From Ascoidea asiatica JCM 7603 (taxonomy: Eukaryota > Fungi > Ascomycota), in the NCBI GenBank assembly GCA_001600695.1, contig BCKQ01000003.1:1828392-1892391 (forward strand): a stretch of 64,000 bases of DNA, written 5' to 3'. The notes below the pieces were generated by a model. That model was given only the letters and a program-made list of their open reading frames with translations, was not told the DNA's origin and did not search any database. Position numbers and translations under genes: made by a program. Shown here piece after piece: positions 46,810-57,298 of this stretch. Position 1 is the first letter of the stretch. Each line of letters begins with the position of its first letter.

Positions 46810-46840
46810 TAGACCTCGTTGAATAATAAAACGAGGTCTA
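46810..46840. repeat. Perfect 11-bp inverted repeat TAGACCTCGTT-N9-AACGAGGTCTA
   Basis: Seen directly in the divergent PST2/J-protein promoter. Confidence 0.9.
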
Positions 46841-47563
46841 CCACCGCTAACCAAACAGTTCTCAGAGGTCTCAGCACGACGCGTGTTTTTCAAGAAACAA
46901 ATGCAAACATGTAACTGACGCTGCAATTAACGTTAACGGTAAACAAACTGAAATAAAAACAAACAGAACCAGAACAAAACAAAACAAAGAAAAAATAGAA
47001 AAAATAAAAAACTCACGTGCAGATCTTACTCCTTCTAGCAGTCTGTGCCACACTGCTGACTGGAAGACCGCACAGTAGGGATAGATGCAAGTTCTACTTA
47101 CCACTTATCCACCAAACTTCTCTGCAATCTTCAATTAATTTCTTTGAAATCTGATTAATTCATCATTTTGATTATTTGTAATTTGATGATTGTAGACTTT
47201 AAAGCTTCAACTTTTCACCAATTGTAATTATACTTTATACCATATCAGTATCGTCATTAACTCCAGCTTTAGCTTCAGTAACAGTATAGGTTTCAGTTAG
47301 TTTCAGTTTCGGTATCATTAAATGTATCTGTCCCGATAACTGAATGAGAAGAAAAGTAAAAATTTATTAATTGTAATTCTCATGAATCTGGGCAATTTTA
47401 ATTTTGGTGTATTAGTATATTCTATTTTGTTTATCCCCAATTAACTCAATATACTTTTTGCAAACTCCCATTACTTCATAATTTCCTAATTTCATATTTT
47501 CATATTTTCATATTTTTGTCATTATAAATCTTTCAAGCACACTTTATTTTTAAGTAAATTTTA

Positions 47564-50500
47564 ATGGCTAATCATTACAAGGTATTGGGTGTTAACCCCA
47601 ATGCAACTGATATAGAAATTAAAAAAGCATATAGAAAATTGGCATTAAAATATCATCCTGATAAAAATTCATCAAAAGAAGCCGCTGATATGTTTAAATC
47701 AATAGTTGAATCTTATACTCTTTTAAATGATAAAGCTGAAAGAGCTAAATTTGATAGATCTTTAAATCCTCAAATTAATCCATCTTTATTTGGTTATTTC
47801 CAAAATCCTTATGCTCCTTCAAATTTAAATCCAGATTTAAATCGAAATATGTATCGTTATCAAAGACCATTCCCATCAACTTTTTCTGCTTCTAATTGGT
47901 CTGAATATAATATCAATTTCTTTAACCAAAATCCATATCAAAGCCAACCTCAAACTTCAGAACCTGATTTTTCAAATTTTGGAAAATCATTCAGACCACC
48001 TCGGCCTTCAGCCCCAACACAACCATCCTCACAAGAAAAACAAAAACAAAAACAAAACCAAAACCAAAAACAACAACAACAACAACAGCCTCAGTCCCAA
48101 CCTCAGCGTCCAAAATTTAGAACAGTCCCAAAACAGGAACAACAACAACAACCTCGTCAGAATTCAACTCCAACAAATAATCTTAATAATAATAAAAACA
48201 ATAAGCCTACTACTCAAAATATACATGCGAACAAAAATCAAAATCAAAATCAAACTTTAAAATCTGAAAATAAATCTTCAAAATCTACTTCCAAATCTAC
48301 TTCCAAATCTACTTCAAAGACTTCTTCAAAAACTTCTTCAAAAACTTCTTCAAAATCAATTCCTGTAAAACCAATAAATCCTTATTCTGATAAATTTTCT
48401 GAACAATTACCACGTTATACTGAAAAAAGGAGAAATAGTCTAAAAGATTTTCTTCACGTTGATTCATCTACTTCTAATGTTAAACCAAATTCTAATACGA
48501 ATTCTAATCCTGCTTCATTTCCAAGCTCTAATTTCAAATCTTTTTTTAAAGCTAATCTGGATTCTCAATCTAAAAATAATTCAAATAATAGTGCTTCTGA
48601 TAATAATACTTCTAATATTCAAAAAGTTTCTTCAAAATCAGTTCCAAAGAAGAAAAAAGGGTTCAGTCCTTATGATCTTGAAGATGAACCTCCATTTATT
48701 CCAAAAGTTGATGATACAAAATTTGAAAATTCAACAAATAATGACTCAAAAAATGTTTTTAATCAAGAATCAAAAGATGATGAAGATGTTATCGATATAC
48801 CTGATTCTGATAGTGATGGAATTGAAATAGTAAATATTCCAAGAAGAAATAATAAATATTTAAAACCTTTTACTAATTTAAGTGGACTTGAATCTGATAA
48901 TGATCTTTCTGAAGATATTTTTCCTTCTAGTTCTTCAGACAGTTCAGATAGCTCAACCCCTTCTCAGAATGAAACAAAGATTGAAAATCAAAAAAGTAAT
49001 AATATTCAAACTTCCAAAATTTCAACTACCTCAACAGCTTCTCCAAATAATATAAATAATGAAAATCAAAATGTTAAAAATAATAACACAAGAAATAGTA
49101 AAAATAGTAAAAATAGTAAAAATAATAAAAATATAAAAAATAATATCAATCTTTCTGATGCTTCAACTCATACTGATACTAACACTTCAAATACTTCTGC
49201 AAACAGCAAACAAAAACTACCACCTTTTTTTTCTTATAAAGAAGAAGCAATAAAACCTAATCTAACCAAAAAAACTTCTTTTCCTTCAACAACGGAATCA
49301 ATTTCAATACATGGTAAAGATGCAAATGTGCATCATACTACAGATACTGGTTCTGATTTAGAGCCTATTGATGTTTTATCATCGGATGAAGAAGGATATG
49401 AACTTTCTATGGCTGTTATGAGAGGTGTAATAGATAGGGTCACTTATTCAAGATTAAAAAGAAAAGAAATAAATACAAATCCAAATTATGGAGAGAAAAA
49501 ATCAAATTTTTCTGATCGTACCGGGAAAAATCATTCAAAGACAAATTTCAATGCTAACCTGAATAAATATAAAGATAAGAAATCTAGAAACTCAACACTT
49601 GATATTAGACAAATGTTTAAACAATCGCCTAAAGAAATTATTACAAAAAATGATAATATTAATGGATCATCTTCTAAATTCCCCGGTTATCAAAGCAATA
49701 AAAATAAAAGTGAATTTGATCCATCTACTGAGACTCCTAGGAAGAAGCAAAAAATAGACACTATTGTAAATAATCATGAAATTGAAACAAAGCTTGCAAA
49801 TTTAAAATCTGAAATTCAGTCAGAAGTCAGATATAATAATATTTTTCATCAGAATTTAAGTAATTCAAGCTCTAAATCAAATTCAAATTCCAGCAATGAG
49901 AATACAAACAGTTCAAAAAGAAGGAAAAAAAACAGTTCAGTTATATCATCAAAAATGGAAGAGAAAAATAATGATAAACACGAAAAAGCCAAAGAAAATG
50001 ATAATATCAATTTACTTTTAAGCAATAAAAGAAGAAGAAAAAACAAAGAAGAACATATAAAAAATGATACTTTGAATGATAATCTGTTTGCTGAAGAGCC
50101 AAATATTTCTTCAAGGCCAAGTATAACACCTTCGTATAAAGATAGAAAATTACGAAGTAGAAATAGATTTCGACCTTCTGAAAATAAAGAAGAAAAATTG
50201 ATTAAGATATCCTCTTCTGATTCTGAAGAAGATTCGGAAGAGGGAAAAGGATCCGAGTCTGATTCATCAACTAGTTCGTATCAGGAAAAAAGTAGTAAAA
50301 AACCAAAAAGTTTCCTTGATCGAAGAGTGAAAATAGACAAAAATAGAAGAAAGTTCAAAGATTTAAAAAGTAGCAAAAAAAAGAAGAAAAAGGAAGAAAC
50401 AGAACCAGCAGAAGTACAGTATAAGCTTTCAAAAGAAACAATAATGAAAAAAATTGAATCCACAAATTCCGATATTAATGATGATTATGATATTATAATG

Positions 50501-51373
50501 GATTATGATGCTGAAATAGATGGATCTGATAATGAAATGAAGAGTGAATTTGCAAAAAATATCAAAGAAGAAATACTAGGAAACAGTGAAATCAAAATGA
50601 ACGAGTTTTCAGGAATACCACCATTTAAAAAGACTTTCAAAATGAACGATCTCGTGTCAAGTTTTGAAAATGAAGAACTTAGAAAAAATTCTCAGAAAAA
50701 GAGAAAATTATACAATAGTGAGAGTGAAAATGCATTTGAAAGTCTAAAAGAAAGTTTTATTGAAAACATGAATAAAAAAGAGGATTTTAATATAAGTATT
50801 CCAGTAAATGCGGATATTCAAAAAGTTTTATTGAGAACTAGAGAATTTGCTAAAGAAATTATAAATTCCAAAAGAGAAAAACCCAGAACTAAAAATAAAA
50901 ATGAAGATTTTGACTTTCATAGCGATTTGAAAATAATTGATAAAAACAAAGTACCGAAAATTCCTACTTCATTTTCAAATAAAGTTGAAAAATCCATGAA
51001 TAATATACCTTCAAGTAGGACTGAGTATTATGAGAATATATCTAAATTCAATCTATATGAAAAAGAATGGAATAAGTATTGTCAAAATTTTGCTGAATAT
51101 TTTCAGAGAAGAATAGAAATTAATGGAAATAAAAGAAATGAATTATTTAAATTACAATCTCCACCAAGTCAGTCGGATGTAATTTACATTGACGATGACG
51201 AAGATGAAATTGTTCTCGAAGAAAAGGCATTAAAAAGCTATGAAAAGAGTTTGTGTCAAGATGCAATTATTTTAAAAGAATGGTTCACTGCAACTAGTGC
51301 TCATCAAGATGCTGTATCTGAGTATATTAAAATAATGAAAAATGGTAAAGTGAAGATAAAAGGAGCTCTTTGA
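47564..51373 (+). CDS. Class III J-domain protein (Jjj2-like architecture), 1269 aa, mostly disordered
   Basis: HYKVLGV...IKKAYRKLALKYHPDKN J-domain; helical C-terminal block YEKEW..F.EYF..R...YEKSL.QD....EW. Confidence 0.85.
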   Translation: MANHYKVLGVNPNATDIEIKKAYRKLALKYHPDKNSSKEAADMFKSIVESYTLLNDKAERAKFDRSLNPQINPSLFGYFQNPYAPSNLNPDLNRNMYRYQRPFPSTFSASNWSEYNINFFNQNPYQSQPQTSEPDFSNFGKSFRPPRPSAPTQPSSQEKQKQKQNQNQKQQQQQQPQSQPQRPKFRTVPKQEQQQQPRQNSTPTNNLNNNKNNKPTTQNIHANKNQNQNQTLKSENKSSKSTSKSTSKSTSKTSSKTSSKTSSKSIPVKPINPYSDKFSEQLPRYTEKRRNSLKDFLHVDSSTSNVKPNSNTNSNPASFPSSNFKSFFKANLDSQSKNNSNNSASDNNTSNIQKVSSKSVPKKKKGFSPYDLEDEPPFIPKVDDTKFENSTNNDSKNVFNQESKDDEDVIDIPDSDSDGIEIVNIPRRNNKYLKPFTNLSGLESDNDLSEDIFPSSSSDSSDSSTPSQNETKIENQKSNNIQTSKISTTSTASPNNINNENQNVKNNNTRNSKNSKNSKNNKNIKNNINLSDASTHTDTNTSNTSANSKQKLPPFFSYKEEAIKPNLTKKTSFPSTTESISIHGKDANVHHTTDTGSDLEPIDVLSSDEEGYELSMAVMRGVIDRVTYSRLKRKEINTNPNYGEKKSNFSDRTGKNHSKTNFNANLNKYKDKKSRNSTLDIRQMFKQSPKEIITKNDNINGSSSKFPGYQSNKNKSEFDPSTETPRKKQKIDTIVNNHEIETKLANLKSEIQSEVRYNNIFHQNLSNSSSKSNSNSSNENTNSSKRRKKNSSVISSKMEEKNNDKHEKAKENDNINLLLSNKRRRKNKEEHIKNDTLNDNLFAEEPNISSRPSITPSYKDRKLRSRNRFRPSENKEEKLIKISSSDSEEDSEEGKGSESDSSTSSYQEKSSKKPKSFLDRRVKIDKNRRKFKDLKSSKKKKKKEETEPAEVQYKLSKETIMKKIESTNSDINDDYDIIMDYDAEIDGSDNEMKSEFAKNIKEEILGNSEIKMNEFSGIPPFKKTFKMNDLVSSFENEELRKNSQKKRKLYNSESENAFESLKESFIENMNKKEDFNISIPVNADIQKVLLRTREFAKEIINSKREKPRTKNKNEDFDFHSDLKIIDKNKVPKIPTSFSNKVEKSMNNIPSSRTEYYENISKFNLYEKEWNKYCQNFAEYFQRRIEINGNKRNELFKLQSPPSQSDVIYIDDDEDEIVLEEKALKSYEKSLCQDAIILKEWFTATSAHQDAVSEYIKIMKNGKVKIKGAL

Positions 51374-52065
51374 TAAGCATAACATATTCAATGTTGTATA
51401 AGTGGTTAAATTCTGTGATCGAAAAAGAATAATGACAATAGTTTTAATATTTTTTTTTCTTTATTTATGGAACGAATTTTAGTTTTTAAGTGTGATTAAC
51501 GTTAATGTATAATTTATATTATTGTAAACCGAACCGAACTAACAACAAATAATCAATAATCATCAATGGATAAATATAATAGCCGATAGCCTTTACGTCT
51601 AGCGGAACCTGTGTTTTTGCAACTCCAATGCAAATGTTCCTAAAAAAAAGAAGTAGGTTTATATCACGTGATGTGACGGTTAAAATGGGTCCGCCGCACG
51701 GAACCTGCTTGAGTCTTGTTCTCGGAACCGGTGTTTGAGGGAAGCAGTGGATTCTCCGGGTCTAGGCCTGCTGATATTGTGTATTAGCACTGGAGCTGGA
51801 TTTTTGATATTTATTTATATTTGAGTGTAGCGAATCTGAACGAACTTAAGGAATAGCTGAAGAAATTTGATTATAACCAACTGAAGAATTATTCTAAATA
51901 TCATTATCATTATTATAAAGTTAATGCTATGATTTCAAAATAAATTATTCTTTGCCTTTGCTATATAATATTTGCTTTGGGTGATCTTTATTGCTTATTA
52001 GTGATTTTCATCAAATTTTAAGATCTTATTATTATTGAAATAGTCTTTATTTGCTTTCTTAAATA

Positions 52066-55000
52066 ATGTCTAATATAAATAATAGTAACAATAATAGTAA
52101 TAATAATATTACTTTCAATAATAGCAGTAATACTATTAATAACTGTAATAAAAATAATAAAGCTACTGCTACTACCACAAGTAATGATAACAATAAGAAT
52201 AGTATTTTAGCTAATTCTTCAAATAGGCCTCCATTCAATAGAGTTAGATCAAAATCCATAAGCAATCCATCTTCTGCTAATCGTCCTTCAAATGCTGCTT
52301 ATCATCATAGAGCAAGTTTCGATTTGGAGCCAAATTATGATTTAATTGATAGTAGTAATACCAACAATTATATCAATAATTCTCATTTTCTTCCTAGTCA
52401 TAATAACCCTTCAAATCAGGACTATCATTGTAATCCTTCAAATAATGCAATCAATTCAAATCTTATAAATCATTCTTCTTCTCACGCTCTTTTACCAAAT
52501 AATACAAATAACACAAATACTACTACTAATACAAATAATACAAGCAGTACAAATAATAGATCCATTATTTCCAATCAAATACAATCAAATGGTAAAGCTG
52601 GAAGATTTGCTTGGGTTAAAAAAATAATTCAGTCGAATAGATTATCTTCGAATACAAAAAGAAATCATCAACAAAGTCAAATTCAAATCCAAAATCAAAT
52701 TCAAAATCAAAATTCAAATACATCAAACTTATCATCTTCCCCATCTACAAATCCAACTTACTTAAGAGCATCTAATTCAACAAATAATGTTAAGGATTAT
52801 TTATCACACCATCATCCTATTTCAAATAGACTTGAAACCTCAAATATTTCTCATAATCATAAGGCTAAAAGATTAACTCATTTAAACCCCTCAGATTCTT
52901 CAAGGATGAGAAGAACTGGAAATAAAATCTCAAATTCATCTAATAGGAATAAAAATCCTTCAAATAATACTTCAAAAAGTAGCAACTTAAAAAAGGCATC
53001 AATTATGAATTCATCTATAAATTCAAATAATAAAAAAAATAATAATAAAAGCAACAGCAATAGCAACAATATAAATAGCAATAACATTGCTCATAACAAT
53101 AATAATAACAATAACAATAACAATAACAATATTAATTCAAATAATAAAAATAGTAATCTAGTATATTCCCCTTCTTTAAACTCTAATCACTCAGCTAAGT
53201 CATATAATAGTTATAATCCTCATTATAATTATTATTTGTTTCACAATAATAATCATAAACCATCTGATTCTGTTTCAATTTCAGAAAATATTTCAAACAT
53301 ACTACCTGTATCACCCTCACTTTCTCTAAGAAATAGTGCATTAACCTTAAACTCTTCCAATTTTAATAGTCTACATGGTTTTGCTAATTTCAATACTCCC
53401 AATAATAATAATAATAATAGTTTGAGTTATTATTATAACACCTATAATACTCATAATCATAATTTAAATAATAACAGTATCAATAACAATAGTATTAACA
53501 ACGCAGGCAGTATATTAACCACAAATACAAATTCGAATAGTAATCCAAATGATAATAACAATAGCATTAGTGATTCAAAATCTCAAATATCAAGTTATAT
53601 ATCAAGTTTTGATAACTCAAAATCAATTGAGGTGGAATTGGATGAAGCTTTCGAAAACAGTAGTATGATTGTTAATAATCCAAGATATTCAAGCTCTTTA
53701 TTAGTAATAGAAGATGATAATGACATTGATCAGAAAACGGATAATACTGCTTATAATAATGAAAAGACTGATGATTCAAATAGTATATCGAATAATAATA
53801 ATAATAATAATGCCGATGGTTTAAATCTTTCAAATAATGATCTAAACAATCAACCTTCTACTCAAAATCATAGTATATTCGGACTTGAAAGCAATAACAA
53901 TAATACTACATTAGATGCCATTAATCTCCCACATTCTCATTCAAATTTTAAAAATAATAGTGATTCTGATATTTGTTTAGATGGTAGAGAAGATTCCGAA
54001 TCACTCGAAAATGGATCTGTTGATATCAGTAGTATTGAAAATGATAGTAATGACAATTTAACAAAAACTCAAAGTGATTCTGAAGTAGTTTCAACACTGG
54101 AAAATAATTATTTATTTACTAGTAATGTTCCTTCTGATGTTCAAAATTCCATGATGACATCAACCTTTAGCTCTAAAGAGCCTTCATTATTTGAAAAGAT
54201 GGACTCAAAATCATGTTCCTCTAAAAATCTTTCTTCCCAAATAAATAATGTCAATCGTGTAAATTCAATAATAAGTGGAAATGAGATAACCCCAGCAACA
54301 TCTATTTCTTCTATAAATTCTCAAAGCTTTCTTCATTATGCTGGTTCTAATAATAATTATACTTATAATAACCCAATAAGAAATTCATTACTAAATAACC
54401 CTCAAGCTCATTCAACTACAGCGTCTATGATAACAACTCAAAATAATGTTGATTCATCTTCAATAGTAACTTTGGCCTCTTCTTCTAGAAATATTTTATA
54501 TAGGTCTAGATCAGCTAGAAGATCGATTGAGACTTTTAATTCTTCAACAGTGGGAATTCCACCCTCAAGTTTATTTGAAAGATTAAATTATCAAAGTAGT
54601 TATCACCTGAACGGTGGAAGTGTCAATCCAAGTCTAACACCTAGTGTGAATGAAAGTTCAAATATAAATAATAATGCTAGCGGGACTATGGGTAATATAA
54701 ACAATACAAGTAATACAGCCAATGCTATCTCTGCTACAACTACTGTGCAAGAAGAAGATTTTGATAAGAACAGTACAGCTGAATCATTGACTGCATGCCA
54801 AACAGCGACAGAGACTGGTTCAAATTATAATAGTTCAGGTACTACTCAATTATTGAACGCTGATTCCTATAATGATTCTAGAAATCATCATTATTCTATA
54901 AGTAGTAGTTTAAATGTTAACTTGAATAATGATGATTTGGTAAGTTTACGAACATATTATTCTACTGGTAGGTCAGTAAACGGATTAAGCCGAACTGGTA

Positions 55001-55092
55001 ATTCAAATAATTTAATCTCAAATAATGATGACTATAGTTTGAGAAGTTTTAAAAGTGGTAAAACTGTTAAATCAAGAGTTAGTTCTCCTTAA
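52066..55092 (+). CDS. Asn/Ser-rich disordered protein of unknown function
   Basis: 1008-aa ORF with short complex islands GKAGRFAWVKKII and DSSSIVTLASSSR...RRSIET...GIPPSS. Confidence 0.8.
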   Translation: MSNINNSNNNSNNNITFNNSSNTINNCNKNNKATATTTSNDNNKNSILANSSNRPPFNRVRSKSISNPSSANRPSNAAYHHRASFDLEPNYDLIDSSNTNNYINNSHFLPSHNNPSNQDYHCNPSNNAINSNLINHSSSHALLPNNTNNTNTTTNTNNTSSTNNRSIISNQIQSNGKAGRFAWVKKIIQSNRLSSNTKRNHQQSQIQIQNQIQNQNSNTSNLSSSPSTNPTYLRASNSTNNVKDYLSHHHPISNRLETSNISHNHKAKRLTHLNPSDSSRMRRTGNKISNSSNRNKNPSNNTSKSSNLKKASIMNSSINSNNKKNNNKSNSNSNNINSNNIAHNNNNNNNNNNNNINSNNKNSNLVYSPSLNSNHSAKSYNSYNPHYNYYLFHNNNHKPSDSVSISENISNILPVSPSLSLRNSALTLNSSNFNSLHGFANFNTPNNNNNNSLSYYYNTYNTHNHNLNNNSINNNSINNAGSILTTNTNSNSNPNDNNNSISDSKSQISSYISSFDNSKSIEVELDEAFENSSMIVNNPRYSSSLLVIEDDNDIDQKTDNTAYNNEKTDDSNSISNNNNNNNADGLNLSNNDLNNQPSTQNHSIFGLESNNNNTTLDAINLPHSHSNFKNNSDSDICLDGREDSESLENGSVDISSIENDSNDNLTKTQSDSEVVSTLENNYLFTSNVPSDVQNSMMTSTFSSKEPSLFEKMDSKSCSSKNLSSQINNVNRVNSIISGNEITPATSISSINSQSFLHYAGSNNNYTYNNPIRNSLLNNPQAHSTTASMITTQNNVDSSSIVTLASSSRNILYRSRSARRSIETFNSSTVGIPPSSLFERLNYQSSYHLNGGSVNPSLTPSVNESSNINNNASGTMGNINNTSNTANAISATTTVQEEDFDKNSTAESLTACQTATETGSNYNSSGTTQLLNADSYNDSRNHHYSISSSLNVNLNNDDLVSLRTYYSTGRSVNGLSRTGNSNNLISNNDDYSLRSFKSGKTVKSRVSSP

Positions 55093-55746
55093 ATTTTTCA
55101 TTTAGTACTTTTGCTTAAATATCCTTTCTTGAAAATTTCTAAACTTGTTTTGATTTTTTTTTATAATTTTATGTTTCAGCGATAAATGAACAGTATTTCT
55201 TCTTTTTTGTATTCTTTTTTGTATTTTTTTATATTTCACTGGTTCAAATGATATATAATAAAAATGTTTCATTTTTTAAAACCTGGTTTTTGAAATATGT
55301 TTTACATTTGTTTTCTAATTCCTTTGCTTATTTTGAACTTCTTTTCTGTCATTACTATAACTCAATTATTGAATTTCAATAATTCTGCAATAGACGTTTT
55401 GTATTTATATCTATTTTGTCCTTAGTTTATTGACTTTTAATAAATATTTAATGAAACTAATTTGGCTATCTTCACAGTCATTTGCGCCGAATGTTTATTT
55501 CTTTCGGACTTAAGAAGCAGTAAACTCTAAATCCGATGGAGTTAAGAACTGGAAAAGTCAAAGATTCAGAGAATTCTGTTTCCATATCAGAATATAAATA
55601 TCTTCAGCATTTCTTTTTTTTAAAAGATTGATTTTTTTTATACTTTTCCATTTGGTTTCTTATTAGAAGTCTGATTCAACTTTGATTGGAAATTGTCTTT
55701 TTCGATAGACAGTTAGATTTCAACTTTTTTTTTTTTTGGTTCAATA

Positions 55747-56877
55747 ATGGATGATCCAGATTCCAATAATCAATCTTTTAAAAGTAATACTAGTGATTAT
55801 AAGTTAAAGGATAGTAATCTTTTCAAGCCATTAAAGGTTGGTAACATGCATTTGAATCAAAGATTAGTAATGAGTCCTTTATCGAGGTGTAGAGCAACAA
55901 TTGAACACAACCCCTCGGATTTAATGTATTTTCACTATTTTTCTAGATCAAAATATCCTGGAACTTTATTAATTTCAGAATCTACCTCGATTTCTAAAAA
56001 TATTTCTGGAGTTGAGCATGTACCTGGAATTTGGTCTGAAAGACAAATTTTTCTTTGGTCAAAGATAATTGACAAAGTTCATTCAAATAATAGTTTTTTT
56101 TTCATTCAATTACAAGGTCATGGAAAAATTCAGCCTATGAATAAAAGAATCGATTCAGACCCAAGTGTTTCATGGCATTCATTTTCAAATAAAGATAAGT
56201 TCAAGTTATACGAAAGATTTTATTTTAATGCTGCTCAGAATGCTATAATGTCGGGTGCCGATGGTGTGGAAATATCTGTATATCACTATCTTTGGATGGT
56301 AAAAGCATTGCAGACAGAACTTCAATTAGAATCTATATTATGTTGTTTTTTAAAATTATGTGACAAAATAATTGAAGAAATTTCTATTCAAAAATTTGCA
56401 TTGAAATTAAATCTTCTCAAAAAAAATGAAATCAAATTCATTTTAAATCACTTTTTACTGAATTATATCAATAAATCATTAGCCTATCTATCAATTAGTG
56501 AACCTCGAAATACAAATATTCATATTTCTAATGAAACCTCATTTTCAAATAATAATTGGTTGTTTGATTATTATCCAAATTGCATAATAGTAAGATCGTC
56601 TTCGTATATAGATTTAGAAAAAAATTTCAAGAATCTTCGAAATGATGTTAATATGAATAATCGAACATTAATAGCCGCTGGCAGATTTTTCACTTCCAAC
56701 CCAGATTTACCTCAAAAACTTAAAAATAATTTGAATCTAACCCCCTATAATAGAATTACCTTTTATTCAAATACTACCATAGGTTACTCGGATTATGATG
56801 ATTTCCCTTCTTTTGATTCAAATGTTCACAAAGATCCAATAGATTTAGGCTGTTTTCTTCAAAAAAATAATATATAA
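55747..56877 (+). CDS. Old yellow enzyme (NADH:flavin oxidoreductase) homolog, catalytically degenerate
   Basis: LFKPLKVG, MSPLSRCRA, PGTLLISE, PGIWS, GADGVEI, GRFFTSNPDL, YNRITFY, GYSDY; the H-x-x-N-x-Y and RTDEYGGS motifs are absent. Confidence 0.85.
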   Translation: MDDPDSNNQSFKSNTSDYKLKDSNLFKPLKVGNMHLNQRLVMSPLSRCRATIEHNPSDLMYFHYFSRSKYPGTLLISESTSISKNISGVEHVPGIWSERQIFLWSKIIDKVHSNNSFFFIQLQGHGKIQPMNKRIDSDPSVSWHSFSNKDKFKLYERFYFNAAQNAIMSGADGVEISVYHYLWMVKALQTELQLESILCCFLKLCDKIIEEISIQKFALKLNLLKKNEIKFILNHFLLNYINKSLAYLSISEPRNTNIHISNETSFSNNNWLFDYYPNCIIVRSSSYIDLEKNFKNLRNDVNMNNRTLIAAGRFFTSNPDLPQKLKNNLNLTPYNRITFYSNTTIGYSDYDDFPSFDSNVHKDPIDLGCFLQKNNI

Positions 56878-56940
56878 TAATAGATTAGATGGGTTTTTTT
56901 ACAAACCAATAATATTAACTACTGTAGAACCTACAAATAT

Positions 56941-57210
56941 AGAGACACTGTGGGAACACAAAATCTCTACGAACTAAATGAAAAAACTGGGAACACTGGC
57001 GGAAAACGGAGTAAAAATCCCGACCGAGTATTAGAAAACAAAACCTAAAACTATTTGTGGGAAACCCGGATTTTGTGGTTGGAAAATTCCGTTTCGTGGG
57101 TGAAAATCACAGTGTTTTAAATTTATGTTTCTAAAATTCATTATCTAAAATTTTTAAATTAGGGAAAATGTGCCGTAGTGTGGCTAGTTTTATTTCCAGT
57201 AAGTGTCTCT
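56941..57210. mobile_element. Candidate MITE-like or structured element bounded by inverted repeats AGAGACACT...AGTGTCTCT
   Basis: 9-bp perfect terminal IR with imperfect extension, internal TGGGAA repeats, GC-richer than flanks, between convergent genes; no TSD found. Confidence 0.35.
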
Positions 57211-57298
57211 CCGAAGTTTTGAACATTTAGTTAAATTTTTCACAGAACTTCAAACCATAATATAAATATTCAAAAAAAACTATATAAAACAAAAAGTT

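Noticed and set aside
56941-57210. RNase P RNA (CTACG/CGTAG, AGAAA, TGGGAA) or Transib/RSS end (CACAGTG)
   Set aside because: The universally conserved CR-I and CR-V P4 sequences are absent; there is no nonamer, extended TIR or 5-bp TSD for Transib.
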